This document shows positions 34,734 to 44,193 of a stretch of DNA of 57,902 nucleotides, piece by piece (the stretch's first letter is position 1; each line of letters begins with the position of its first letter). The stretch comes from an uncultured bacterium (GTDB lineage: Bacteria > Abyssobacteria > SURF-5). The stretch covers positions 1-57,902 of the forward strand of contig CAZEBC010000002.1 in assembly GCA_964510165.1 (NCBI GenBank), written 5' to 3'. Below the pieces are notes generated by a model. It was given only the letters and a program-made list of their open reading frames with translations. It searched no databases and was not told where the DNA came from. The translations under genes were made by a program, and so were the position numbers.

Positions 34734-36008
34734 ATGGCTACTGCGGTGCGCCGCGTCATCTACGGGCCGAACATGCGGCCGGCTGAGAGTCTGGCCGAGG
34801 TTTTCGAGGCTTTTAACGAGAGCACGCTCAATCTGCAGCGGGCTTACGATGCGCTGCAGAGAAAATTCGGCGCACTCAACCGAAAGCTTGAGGACACCAA
34901 TCGTGAGCTGAATTCCAAAGTTACCGAAATAACCGAAATCAAGGAGTATCTTAACAGCATCCTCCACAGCGCCACCAACGGTGTCATTGCCATCAATCTC
35001 AGGGGTGAGATCACGGCGTTCAATAAGGCGGCCGAGCGCATCACAGGGCTCGAGGGTCACAAAGTTCTCAACCGCCCCTTCAACGAAGTATTCGAAACGG
35101 AATTCGGCGCTGATTTCGAGAACATACCCGATGATGGACAAGGGTGCCGCTACATCTCTCGCGATATGAGGGTAAGAGGCGGTTTTCAGATTCCCGTCCG
35201 CGAAAGCACCTCTGTCACACGCGACGCCTCCGGCCGAATCACCGGAGCGGTGAAGGTATTCGAAGACCTGTCCGAACTGCGTGAACTCGAGGAACAGGCC
35301 CGCCGCCAGGACCGCCTCGCCGCGCTCGGTCAGATGGCCGCCACCGTCGCGCATGAGATTCGCAACCCGCTTGGCGGAATCGAAGGGTTCGCCTCGTTGC
35401 TTGCGCGCGATTTCGATCAGAACGATCCTCGCGCCAAGCTGGTCACAAAGATACAAGAGGGCGCACGAAGCTTGAATCGCGTCGTCAACGAGCTTCTCAT
35501 GTTCACACGTCCCATGAAGCTGGATTTCCAGAAGATCGAAATCGAGGGCATCCTCGATGGAGTGCTCAGCCTTGTGGCGGAAGATGTCAAGAACTCCAAC
35601 ATAAAACTGCACAGGAAAGTCGCGCAAGAACCCTTGTTTGTGTGGGGAGACGCCGAGCAGTTGAAGCGAGCCTTGCTTAACATCACGATCAATGCGATCC
35701 AGGCAATGCCGCAAGGAGGGCGCCTTCACATTGGTTGTCGCGAGCGGTCCTTTTCAAACGCTGCCAAGGACATGCTGGCGCACAACCGGAACGGAACCTG
35801 GGTTGAGATAACTGTGCGTGACACGGGGCCCGGTATTCCGGAGAGCGACATACCGCGCATCTTCAGCCCGTTCTATACGACCAAAGAGAAAGGAACCGGC
35901 CTCGGATTGGCAATCGCGTCCAAGATCGTTGAGGGCCATCGAGGCCAGATAACCGTGTCCAACTCACCGAAGGGGGGAGCGGTGTTTGTGGTTTCACTTC
36001 CGCTTTGA
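34734..36008 (+). CDS. cytoplasmic PAS-domain sensor histidine kinase (FlrB/FleS/AtoS-like)
   Basis: The PAS segment is ATNGVIAINLRGEITAFNKAAERITG, the H-box is HEIRNPLGGI, and N, G1 and G2 boxes are present (GTGLGLAI). No TM segment is seen. Confidence 0.88.
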   Translation: MATAVRRVIYGPNMRPAESLAEVFEAFNESTLNLQRAYDALQRKFGALNRKLEDTNRELNSKVTEITEIKEYLNSILHSATNGVIAINLRGEITAFNKAAERITGLEGHKVLNRPFNEVFETEFGADFENIPDDGQGCRYISRDMRVRGGFQIPVRESTSVTRDASGRITGAVKVFEDLSELRELEEQARRQDRLAALGQMAATVAHEIRNPLGGIEGFASLLARDFDQNDPRAKLVTKIQEGARSLNRVVNELLMFTRPMKLDFQKIEIEGILDGVLSLVAEDVKNSNIKLHRKVAQEPLFVWGDAEQLKRALLNITINAIQAMPQGGRLHIGCRERSFSNAAKDMLAHNRNGTWVEITVRDTGPGIPESDIPRIFSPFYTTKEKGTGLGLAIASKIVEGHRGQITVSNSPKGGAVFVVSLPL

Positions 36009-36035
36009 GGAAAATATGAACCGGAGGCTCTTCGG

Positions 36036-37415
36036 ATGGCGCGTGCGACAATACTGGTGATCGACGACGAACCGCTGATGCGAGAATTCCTTGAGGAAAC
36101 CCTCGTTCGAGCGGGATACGGGATTGTGACTGCGACAAACGGTCATACCGCCTTGGAAGAAATCCGCAGTCATGCCTATGACATGCTGATCACCGACCTG
36201 AAGATGCCCGGAATCGACGGGTTGACGCTGCTCGAGCAGGCCAAGAAGGCCCAACCGGACATTGCCGTCATCATGATGACGGCCTATGCCTCCGTCGAAA
36301 CGGCGGTTCAGGCGCTTAAGGCGGGCGCTGCCGACTATATCATGAAGCCGTTCACCCCGGACGAGATCGAGCACGTCGTTCGCAAGTCTCTGTATGAACG
36401 AAAACTTGAAAACGAAAACCGCTACCTGCGCTCCGAGATAGAGCAGGAGTTCAATTTTCAGGAAATGGTCGGCCCGAGCCCAGCCATGGTCGCCATCTAT
36501 GACCAGATTAAGAAGATATCTCAAAGCAGGGCATCCGTGCTCATACGGGGAGAAAGCGGCACCGGCAAGGAACTCATCGCGCGCGCGATCCATTACAGCA
36601 GTCCCCGCCGTGACAAACCGTTCATTAAGATGAACTGTGCCGCACTTGCGCCGACGCTTCTCGAGAGCGAGCTGTTCGGCCACGAAAAAGGCTCGTTCAC
36701 TCATGCCATAAACAAGAAAATCGGGCGGTTCGAGCTTGCGGACGAGGGCACACTATTGCTCGATGAAATCGGCGAGATGGACCCCGGCCTTCAGAGCAAG
36801 CTGCTCCGGGTGCTCCAGGAAAAAGAGTTCGAACGGGTCGGCGGCACCAAACCCATCAAAGTCGACACGCGCATCATAAGCACCACCAACCGAGACCTTG
36901 AGAAGGCCATTGAATCAGGAGCCTTCAGGGAAGACCTGTATTTCAGGCTCAATGTCATTCCCATAAAAATCCCGCCGCTCAGAGAGCGCAAGGAAGATAT
37001 CCCAGCCCTCATCCAGCATTTCCTGAAGAAATACGGCGCGGAAAACAACCGGAATGTCGAATCCGTTCATCCCGAATCCATGAAATTGTTGATGAGCCAT
37101 AATTGGCCCGGAAACGTGCGCGAACTTCAGAACTGTATCGAACGGGCGGTCGTCTTGTGCTCGGGCGATACGCTGACTCCTGACTATTTCGCGTTTCCCC
37201 TGCAACGCTCCAGAGGCGGCTCGGGCGACGGCATCTATATGTCGGAAAACGTGACTATCGGCGAGGCCGAGCGCATTCTCATCCTTCATACGCTCAAGAG
37301 GTGCCGCAACAACAAGACAAAAGCCGCCGAATTGCTGGACATAAGCGTGCGCACCCTTCGCAACAAGCTGAATGAATACAGGCACAGCGGACTGCTCGAG
37401 GATTCGGTTGCCTAG
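36036..37415 (+). CDS. sigma54-dependent response regulator (NtrC family; FlrC/FleR/FlgR-like by context)
   Basis: The receiver domain shows DDEP...D..MPG. The AAA+ domain shows GESGTGKE and ESELFGHEKGSFT. A C-terminal Fis-type HTH is present. Confidence 0.9.
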   Translation: MARATILVIDDEPLMREFLEETLVRAGYGIVTATNGHTALEEIRSHAYDMLITDLKMPGIDGLTLLEQAKKAQPDIAVIMMTAYASVETAVQALKAGAADYIMKPFTPDEIEHVVRKSLYERKLENENRYLRSEIEQEFNFQEMVGPSPAMVAIYDQIKKISQSRASVLIRGESGTGKELIARAIHYSSPRRDKPFIKMNCAALAPTLLESELFGHEKGSFTHAINKKIGRFELADEGTLLLDEIGEMDPGLQSKLLRVLQEKEFERVGGTKPIKVDTRIISTTNRDLEKAIESGAFREDLYFRLNVIPIKIPPLRERKEDIPALIQHFLKKYGAENNRNVESVHPESMKLLMSHNWPGNVRELQNCIERAVVLCSGDTLTPDYFAFPLQRSRGGSGDGIYMSENVTIGEAERILILHTLKRCRNNKTKAAELLDISVRTLRNKLNEYRHSGLLEDSVA

Positions 37416-37582
37416 CGAGATGGTGAGATGGTCAGAAAATCGTGTTCGCCCGGAAACTCGCGGGAAGAATTTCGCCGAGGGTGGCAGTTTTTGCCCGTCT
37501 TGGCGGAAGGCAAGAGCCGCATGCGATTGCGTAACTATTTTAAATATATATGCTTAGAGCTTTTGTTGAGGCATTCGATATC

Positions 37583-37597
37583 TGGCATGTTTGTTGC
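37583..37597 (+). promoter_or_regulatory. sigma54 (-24/-12) promoter upstream of flgB
   Basis: TGGCATGTTTGTTGC fits TGGCAC-N5-TTGC with correct GG-N10-GC spacing. It lies 67 nt upstream of the flgB start and is flanked by CGATATC at 37576-37582 and 37604-37610. Confidence 0.7.
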
Positions 37598-37663
37598 CAA
37601 ACCCGATATCGCCGAGAGAATCCAAAACCGCTCAGAATTTGGTTCTTTCAAGGAGCCGCTCCC

Positions 37664-38068
37664 GTGTATGAGCTGACCGCTCAGGATACGACCAGGACGC
37701 TCGAAAAGGCGCTCCCGGTGATCGAGGCGACGCATCGCGTGTTGGCAAACAATGTGGCGAATGCGAACACGCCAGGATTCAAGCCCACGCGCGTCTCGTT
37801 TCTGGACAGCCTGAGGGAGGCTCTTTCCGCGAGTGAACCCGGATTGGCGTTGAAGGTGACGCATCCGAAACATCTCCCCAGCAGTTCGGTCGGGCCGGGT
37901 TTGGTCTTTGAGCCGGAGAGCGCCGACCCCGGACGGAACGATCAGAGCGAGTTCGACATCGACCGGGAGATGGTTGAGTTGACGAAAAACACGGGAAGGT
38001 TCGACATCCTGTCCAGCATATTGACAAAGAAATATCAGCAGATGCGCGAGGTCCTGAGGATACCGTAA
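37664..38068 (+). CDS. flgB: flagellar basal-body rod protein FlgB
   Basis: The GTG 37664 start has AAGGAG 8 nt upstream. The rod-protein motif is LANNVANANTPGFKP. Confidence 0.88.
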   Translation: MYELTAQDTTRTLEKALPVIEATHRVLANNVANANTPGFKPTRVSFLDSLREALSASEPGLALKVTHPKHLPSSSVGPGLVFEPESADPGRNDQSEFDIDREMVELTKNTGRFDILSSILTKKYQQMREVLRIP

Positions 38069-38081
38069 CGGAGAATGCGCA

Positions 38082-38498
38082 ATGCGTGTGTTTTCGGCTC
38101 TCGACATAAGCGCCAGCGGGCTTTACGCCGAGCGGACGCGTATGAACGTGATCGCCAACAACTTGGCGAACGTCAACTCCACGCGTACTCCGGAGGGCGG
38201 CCCCTTCAGGCGCCAACTCGTTATCCTGAAGGGGATCGAGGCCGGCGACCCGAATCAACTTGAAAATCTCGGAGTCAAGGTGGAAGGGGTCGTTGACGAC
38301 CCGTCACCGTTTCCGCTGGTTTACAATCCGTCGCATCCCGACGCGAACGCAGATGGCTACGTGCAGATGCCAAACGTGAACGTGGTCGAAGAGATGGTCG
38401 ATATGATAACCGCGCTTCGCGCGTACGAGGCAAACATAACCGCCATCGACTCGAACAGGGCTATGGTGAGGCGCTCGCTCGACATCATAAGCGAGTAG
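38082..38498 (+). CDS. flgC: flagellar basal-body rod protein FlgC
   Basis: The motifs are SASGLYAERTRMNVIANNLANVNSTRT and a C-terminal MVDMITALRAYEAN. Confidence 0.92.
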   Translation: MRVFSALDISASGLYAERTRMNVIANNLANVNSTRTPEGGPFRRQLVILKGIEAGDPNQLENLGVKVEGVVDDPSPFPLVYNPSHPDANADGYVQMPNVNVVEEMVDMITALRAYEANITAIDSNRAMVRRSLDIISE

Positions 38499-38529
38499 GC
38501 GAGCGTCGCTTTTCGCAAGGAGGAGCCAC

Positions 38530-38847
38530 ATGAATTACGACATCACAGCGACAGGCGGCGTTTCCGGACCGCAGGCTCCTCTACCCATTCAGCCGAAGCC
38601 CGCAAGTGGCGCGCAAGAACCGCAAGGGCCGTCCTTTAAAGAGTATTTCGCCGATTCCATCAATGAAATCCAACAACTGCAAACGGCGGCCGATGACAGC
38701 ATAAATAAACTCGTGACGGGCGAGGTCACGAACGTGAGCGAGGCCATGATCGCCATCGAGAAGGCCAATCAGGCGTTCCTCACGCTCTTACAGGTGCGCA
38801 ACAAGATAATTTCGGCTTACGAACAGATACAACGAACTCAAGTGTAA
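38530..38847 (+). CDS. fliE: flagellar hook-basal body complex protein FliE
   Basis: 105 aa. The matching segment is FKEYFADSINEIQQLQ...VSEAMIAIEKANQAFLTLLQVRNKIISAYEQI. Confidence 0.9.
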   Translation: MNYDITATGGVSGPQAPLPIQPKPASGAQEPQGPSFKEYFADSINEIQQLQTAADDSINKLVTGEVTNVSEAMIAIEKANQAFLTLLQVRNKIISAYEQIQRTQV

Positions 38848-38925
38848 CGCTCCGGGCAACGCGGAGAGCGGCCGCGTCGTTCGGATGACATAAAGGCTGG
38901 CCTCACATAAGGCGCCGAGGCAACC

Positions 38926-40485
38926 ATGGATTTTCTCCGGCAGCTATACCAGCAGTTTCTCACCATCTGGAGGTCTCTCTCCCTTCAGCAGAAGATACTC
39001 GTCTCGGTCGGCTTCGCCGTTGCTTTTGTCGGACTCCTGTCAATCGCGCTCTGGCAGACAACACCCGAATATACTGTCCTCTTTTCGAACCTTCAGGAAC
39101 GCGATGCCGCCGAGATCGTCGAAAGCCTCAGGGAGTCCGGTGTTCCTTACAAACTCTCCAACGGAGGAGCAACCATTCTCGTGCCTTCAAACCGCGTCGC
39201 CGAAACCAGGCTTACTCTGGCGCAGGAAGGACTCCCGAAGGGCGGCGGTGTCGGCTACGAAATCTTTGACCGGACCCGCCTCGGAATCACCGGCTTCGAA
39301 CAGAGGGTGAACCTCAAACGGGCGATGGAAGGGGAGCTATCACGAACGATCAATCAGTTGGCCGAGGTTCGGTGGTCCCGCGTCCAAATAGTCATGCCGG
39401 AGGAACGACTTTTCACGGAGGAGCAAGAGCAACCAACCGCATCGGTGTTTCTCAATCTGGAGCCTGGCCGAACGCTTGATCGCAGGCAGATTCAGGGAAT
39501 CCAGCACCTTGTAGCCAGCAGCGTCGAGGGGCTGCGACCTGAGAAGATAACCATTCTCGACCAGAATGCCAATCCGCTCGCCATGCCGACCGAACCAATC
39601 ATGGCCGCCACCGACCTCAGCGCATCGCAGTTCGACCTGCGTTCAAAGGTGGAGCGCTATTTCCACAATAAGATCAAGGGCATGTTCGACCGCATCGTGG
39701 GACCGGGCAAATCGGTGGTGAGCGTATCCGTGGACCTTGACTTTGACAAGATCGAGAGGACCGAAGAGCGGTATGATCCTGACAGCGCGGTTGTTCGCTC
39801 CGAACAGCGGCAGCGCGAGACGACATCAACGCCCACCACTCAGGCCGAAGGCATCGCGGGCGTGAGCGCCAACCTGCCGACGGCGGCTCCCCTCACTCAG
39901 ACGGCGTACGGCACTCAGAGACAATCCTCCTCGAGCATCACCAACTTCGAGATCAGCAAGACTATCGAGCACATTATCGAGTCGCCATCAAGCATCAAAG
40001 AGGTCTCGGTGGCGGTGGTCGTTGACGGCACATACAGGGAGGTCACCGCTCCCGACGGCGAAACCCGTAGGGAATATACTCCACGGAGCGAGGAAGAGCT
40101 TGAGAAATACAGGCGCATGGTGATGGCGGCGGTGGGCGGCAATCCGACTGCACGGAATGTGGAAGTCATCAATGTGCCCATGGAAGCGCCACTGGAGGAA
40201 ATGGAAGAGGCGCCTGTAGAGGTGGGACGCGAATTATACCTCGAAATAGCAAAAGGGGTTGTGACGGTTGTAATCCTCTTGTTTGTCTTCCTGCTTGTTC
40301 GCTACATCCTCAGGCGCGTCGCCCCTGCCATGCCCTCGCGACTGCCGGAGGAAGGGATTGGCGGCCGCATTGATTTGGTGGCAAAGGAGACCGCCGACAT
40401 GACGGGCGAGGTCAAGTCGATGGTACGGAAAAAGCCCGAGGATGCGGCTTCGCTGATAAAGGTATGGCTTAAGGAAGGGAAATGA
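38926..40485 (+). CDS. fliF: flagellar MS-ring protein FliF
   Basis: 519 aa with an N-terminal TM helix, the YscJ/FliF domain (VPYKLSNGGATILVP) and a C-terminal TM helix. Confidence 0.92.
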   Translation: MDFLRQLYQQFLTIWRSLSLQQKILVSVGFAVAFVGLLSIALWQTTPEYTVLFSNLQERDAAEIVESLRESGVPYKLSNGGATILVPSNRVAETRLTLAQEGLPKGGGVGYEIFDRTRLGITGFEQRVNLKRAMEGELSRTINQLAEVRWSRVQIVMPEERLFTEEQEQPTASVFLNLEPGRTLDRRQIQGIQHLVASSVEGLRPEKITILDQNANPLAMPTEPIMAATDLSASQFDLRSKVERYFHNKIKGMFDRIVGPGKSVVSVSVDLDFDKIERTEERYDPDSAVVRSEQRQRETTSTPTTQAEGIAGVSANLPTAAPLTQTAYGTQRQSSSSITNFEISKTIEHIIESPSSIKEVSVAVVVDGTYREVTAPDGETRREYTPRSEEELEKYRRMVMAAVGGNPTARNVEVINVPMEAPLEEMEEAPVEVGRELYLEIAKGVVTVVILLFVFLLVRYILRRVAPAMPSRLPEEGIGGRIDLVAKETADMTGEVKSMVRKKPEDAASLIKVWLKEGK

Positions 40486-40554
40486 CCGCGCCGCCGCGCG
40501 AATTCTACATCGCGCGCCGACGCGGGCGGATAGGAAGTAAGAGGTTGAATCGGT

Positions 40555-41568
40555 ATGGTATTACCTTCTGAACTTTCGGGAAAACAGAAGGCGGCGATAT
40601 TGATGGTGACGCTTGGCGCCGAGGCGTCCGCTGAATTGATGAAACATCTCGACCCCGAATTGCTCGAAGAGCTTACTTTTGAGATCGCGAGCCTCGGCAG
40701 CGTGCCACCCGAGCTGAAGCGACAAGTGCTCGAGGAATTCTACGAGATGGCCCAGGCGAAGGACTACATTTCGTTCGGGGGCGTTGATTATGCTCGAGAA
40801 ACCTTGAATAAGGCCGTAGGGGCCGACAAGGCGCGAGAAATCCTCACCAAGCTTGAAAATGCGATCAAGGAAACCCCATTCGAGTTCGTGAGGAAGGCCG
40901 ATCCCGGCCAGGTGCTCAGCTTCATCCAGGATGAGCACCCGCAAACGATCTCCCTCGTGCTGGCGCATCTGACGCCCTCAGTGGCGGCCATGGTGCTCGC
41001 CGCACTGCCGGACGAGCTGCAAACCGATATCGTCTACCGCCTCTCCAACATGGAGCAGACAGCTCCCGATATTATCCGCGACGTCGAAATGGTGCTCGAG
41101 CGCAAACTCGCCTCGGTCATACGTCCCGAGATGACCAAAGTGGGCGGCGTGAAGAACGTGGCCGAACTCCTGAACCGCGTGGACCGGACGACAGAAAAGA
41201 ACATACTCTCGAAACTCGCCGAACGCGACCCCGAACTCGCCAACGAGGTCAGAAGTCTCATGTTTGTCTTCGACGATATCGTCATGGTGACCGATGCCGG
41301 TATCCAGCGCACCCTGAAGGAAATCGAGAACAAGGACCTCGCACTTGCACTGAAAGCGGCCAACGAGGACGTGAAAAACAAGGTCTTCAGCAACATGTCC
41401 AATCGCGCCGCCGAGATGATCAAGGAAGACATGGAATACATGGGACCTGTGCGGCTGCGCGATGTCGAGGCCGCGCAGATGCGCATCGTTGAAGTCATAC
41501 GACGGCTGGAAGACGCGGGCGAAATAGTGATTCTTGGGCGTGGCGACGAGGACGAGGTAATTGTCTAA
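40555..41568 (+). CDS. fliG: flagellar motor switch protein FliG
   Basis: 337 aa. GKQKAAILMVTLG, EHPQTISLVLAHL and a C-terminal torque helix region are present. Confidence 0.93.
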   Translation: MVLPSELSGKQKAAILMVTLGAEASAELMKHLDPELLEELTFEIASLGSVPPELKRQVLEEFYEMAQAKDYISFGGVDYARETLNKAVGADKAREILTKLENAIKETPFEFVRKADPGQVLSFIQDEHPQTISLVLAHLTPSVAAMVLAALPDELQTDIVYRLSNMEQTAPDIIRDVEMVLERKLASVIRPEMTKVGGVKNVAELLNRVDRTTEKNILSKLAERDPELANEVRSLMFVFDDIVMVTDAGIQRTLKEIENKDLALALKAANEDVKNKVFSNMSNRAAEMIKEDMEYMGPVRLRDVEAAQMRIVEVIRRLEDAGEIVILGRGDEDEVIV

Positions 41569-42313
41569 GATCATTAAACCTGAAGACCGGCGGCTGATGG
41601 GCCGCGTGAAGCGCTTCGAGAAACAGCCGTTCGATTTGGACGCAGTAGCGAACCCCGCCAAGCCTCCGCCGAAGTCCGCCGAGACGCTGGTCGCCAAGGA
41701 AGACCTGGGGCCAGAGTTCCATGCTCAGGCGGTGAACCACGAGGACATCATTGTCGAAGCCAAAGCGAAAGCCGAAGCGATTATGCGCGAGACCGAGCGG
41801 CAGGTCGCACGAATAAGGCGCGAGGCATATGAAAAGGGATTTGCAGAAGGTCTGGAGGAGGCGCGCAGGAAAAATGAGGAAAACCTGCAAGCCGCATCGC
41901 AGACGATACGGTCACTGGTGGCCGAGCTGAAGGCGCGCGAGGCGGAGTTGGTCCGAATGCTTACGCCCAGGCTGGCGAATCTCGCGACCGAGCTTGCAGG
42001 CAAGATCATACACCGGGAAATAGACAAGGACTCCTCCATTGTGATTTCCCAGGCCGAGGAAGCAATAAACAGAATACTCGAACGCGACAAGCTGATTCTG
42101 CGCGTGAATCCCGCGGACACCGATTTGATGAAGAAGCATAAGGCGGCCCTGATGGATATGTTCGATGGCATCGACAAGATCGAAGTCATCGCCGACGCGA
42201 AGGTCGAACGAGGAGGCTGCGTTGTGGAGACCAACCTCGTCAGGGTTGACGCACAGCCCGGTTCGCAACTTGCCGCCGCATCGAAAACGCTGCTGGCAGA
42301 GACCGAGAAATGA
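41561..42313 (+). CDS. fliH: flagellar assembly protein FliH
   Basis: 250 aa with the coiled-coil EAKAKAEAIMRETERQ...YEKGFAEGLEEA and the C-terminal FliH domain. The start is TTG and overlaps fliG by 8 nt. Confidence 0.85.
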   Translation: MSKIIKPEDRRLMGRVKRFEKQPFDLDAVANPAKPPPKSAETLVAKEDLGPEFHAQAVNHEDIIVEAKAKAEAIMRETERQVARIRREAYEKGFAEGLEEARRKNEENLQAASQTIRSLVAELKAREAELVRMLTPRLANLATELAGKIIHREIDKDSSIVISQAEEAINRILERDKLILRVNPADTDLMKKHKAALMDMFDGIDKIEVIADAKVERGGCVVETNLVRVDAQPGSQLAAASKTLLAETEK

Positions 42314-43677
42314 ACGGCATATTACCCCAGATAAGCGCGTGGGAATCCAGAATCCGGCACGCAGACCTGATTCAGACCTGTGGCAAAGTCACTCGCGTGA
42401 CAGGGCTGATCGTGGAAACTACGAGTCCCGGGCTCTCGCTTGGCCAAATGTGTACGATCCATCCGGGCAACGGCCGCAAACCCGCTCTCGCCGAGGTGGT
42501 CGGTTTCCGCGACAGCAAGGCGCTGCTCATCCCGCTCGGCGATATTCGCGGGGTTGCGCCCGGCAGCGTCGTGGAGCCTTCTGAAAGGCCCCTAACGATA
42601 CCCGTGGGCCCGGAACTGCTTGGCCGTGTTATAGACGGCACGGGAAAACCAATTGACGGTGGGGGCCCGCTCAAGCTCTCGGATGAGTATCCGCTGATGG
42701 GAGAACCCATCAATCCGATGGAGCGCCGCCGCATCACCGAGCCGCTGCCGCTCGGCATTCGAGCGATCGACGCCTGTCTTACCTGCGGAAAAGGCCAGCG
42801 CCTGGGCATTTTCTCGGGCAGCGGCGTCGGCAAGAGCGTGCTCCTCGGAATGATAGCCCGAAACACGGAAGCGCAGGTCAACGTCATCGGTCTCATCGGC
42901 GAGCGCGGCAGGGAAGTCAAGGATTTCCTGGAGAAAGACCTGGGTGAGGAAGGACTCAGTCGGTCGGTAGTTGTCGCCGTGACGTCGGACCAACCGGCGC
43001 TGCTCAGGCTCCACGGAGCGTTCATGGTGACCGCGATAGCTGAATACTTCCGCGACTTGGGACATGACGTGCTGCTCATGATGGATTCAATCACGCGCTT
43101 TGCGATGGCGCAACGTGAGATCGGCCTCGCGGTCGGTGAGCCTCCCACAACGAAAGGCTATCCACCCTCGGTATTCATGCTCTTGCCGAAACTGTTCGAA
43201 CGAGCGGGCACATCGCCACGCGGCAGCATAACCGGCATCTATACCATTTTTGTCGAAGCCGACGATTTCAATGAGCCGATTTCCGACGCCGCCCGCTCAA
43301 CGCTGGACGGCCACATCATGCTGTCGCGCCGGCTGGCTTCACAGAACCATTATCCGCCGATTGACCTTCTCGACAGCGTCAGTCGCCTTATGGTTGACAT
43401 CGTCCCGGAAGAACAAGTGCTCCTGAGCCAGAAGATTCGTGACGTTATCGCAACACAACGCGAGTCGCAGGACCTTGTCAATATCGGCGCATATGTGAAG
43501 GGAAGCAACCCGAAAATCGATTACGCACTGTCGAAGATAAATGAAGTCAACTCTTTCCTTACACAGAGAATGGGAGAAAGGACTTACTTCGAACCGAGCG
43601 CCAATCAGTTACGCGAACTCTTCACTGATCGCGTTCGCGAGCCGGCGGGCGTCGGCTACGACACGCATCGACAATGA
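42310..43677 (+). CDS. fliI: flagellum-specific ATPase FliI
   Basis: Walker A is GSGVGKS and Walker B is LLMMDS, with F1-beta-like motifs. It has an ATGA overlap with fliH. Confidence 0.93.
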   Translation: MNGILPQISAWESRIRHADLIQTCGKVTRVTGLIVETTSPGLSLGQMCTIHPGNGRKPALAEVVGFRDSKALLIPLGDIRGVAPGSVVEPSERPLTIPVGPELLGRVIDGTGKPIDGGGPLKLSDEYPLMGEPINPMERRRITEPLPLGIRAIDACLTCGKGQRLGIFSGSGVGKSVLLGMIARNTEAQVNVIGLIGERGREVKDFLEKDLGEEGLSRSVVVAVTSDQPALLRLHGAFMVTAIAEYFRDLGHDVLLMMDSITRFAMAQREIGLAVGEPPTTKGYPPSVFMLLPKLFERAGTSPRGSITGIYTIFVEADDFNEPISDAARSTLDGHIMLSRRLASQNHYPPIDLLDSVSRLMVDIVPEEQVLLSQKIRDVIATQRESQDLVNIGAYVKGSNPKIDYALSKINEVNSFLTQRMGERTYFEPSANQLRELFTDRVREPAGVGYDTHRQ

Positions 43678-44141
43678 AAGCATACAAATTCCGCTTTGAA
43701 AAAGTCCTTAGCAGCAAGAAGATTATCGTGGACGACCTCGCCTCCAAGACGGGGCGGGCGCGCAAAATCCTGCTGCTTGAAATGAGAAAACTCGATGACC
43801 TGCGCAAACGCGAGGGGCAGTGTATTCGGGAACTGACCTTGCAACAAGTGGGCCGCGTCAACGCCGATGAAGTGAAACGATCCCATCAATATCTCCAGCA
43901 GATTGGTGCTGCCATCGCTGAACAGGACCACCGGGTTAAGGAAATCTCGCGCCGCGTGGATATGCTTCACTCCATGCTGGTGCAGGCCGAGAAGGAGCGG
44001 AGAATATTCGAAAAGCTGGACGAGCACGAGCGGGAAGAGTTCCAACGAGCCTTTGCAAGAAAGGAACAGCAGACGCTCGATGAAGTCGGAATCAACAAGT
44101 TTGTTCTTAGAAATGCTTATAGACAGGCGCACTCGAGCTGA
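43674..44141 (+). CDS. fliJ: flagellar export protein FliJ
   Basis: 155 aa coiled-coil protein beginning YKFRFEKVL. It has an ATGA overlap with fliI and is in the conserved position. Confidence 0.8.
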   Translation: MKAYKFRFEKVLSSKKIIVDDLASKTGRARKILLLEMRKLDDLRKREGQCIRELTLQQVGRVNADEVKRSHQYLQQIGAAIAEQDHRVKEISRRVDMLHSMLVQAEKERRIFEKLDEHEREEFQRAFARKEQQTLDEVGINKFVLRNAYRQAHSS

Positions 44142-44193
44142 TATCCTCGCCCCTTCTCGATGCGGACGTAGTCGGACAGGGAGAGAACGATAG

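Noticed and set aside
34731-35729. 332-aa minus-strand ORF antisense to the histidine kinase gene.
   Set aside because: It is a shadow ORF opposite a well-supported CDS in GC-rich DNA, and its product has no recognisable motifs. The same reasoning applies to 47012-47932 (antisense to flgE), 40978-41697 (antisense to fliG/fliH), 42372-43148 (antisense to fliI), 14707-15621 and 15413-16381 (antisense to gspF/G/H), 24724-25428 and 1561-2181.
37482-37495. TGGCAGTTTTTGCC upstream of flgB, which looks sigma54-like at first glance.
   Set aside because: The spacing between GG and GC is two nucleotides too short (GG-N8-GC). The properly spaced site at 37583-37597 is the better candidate.
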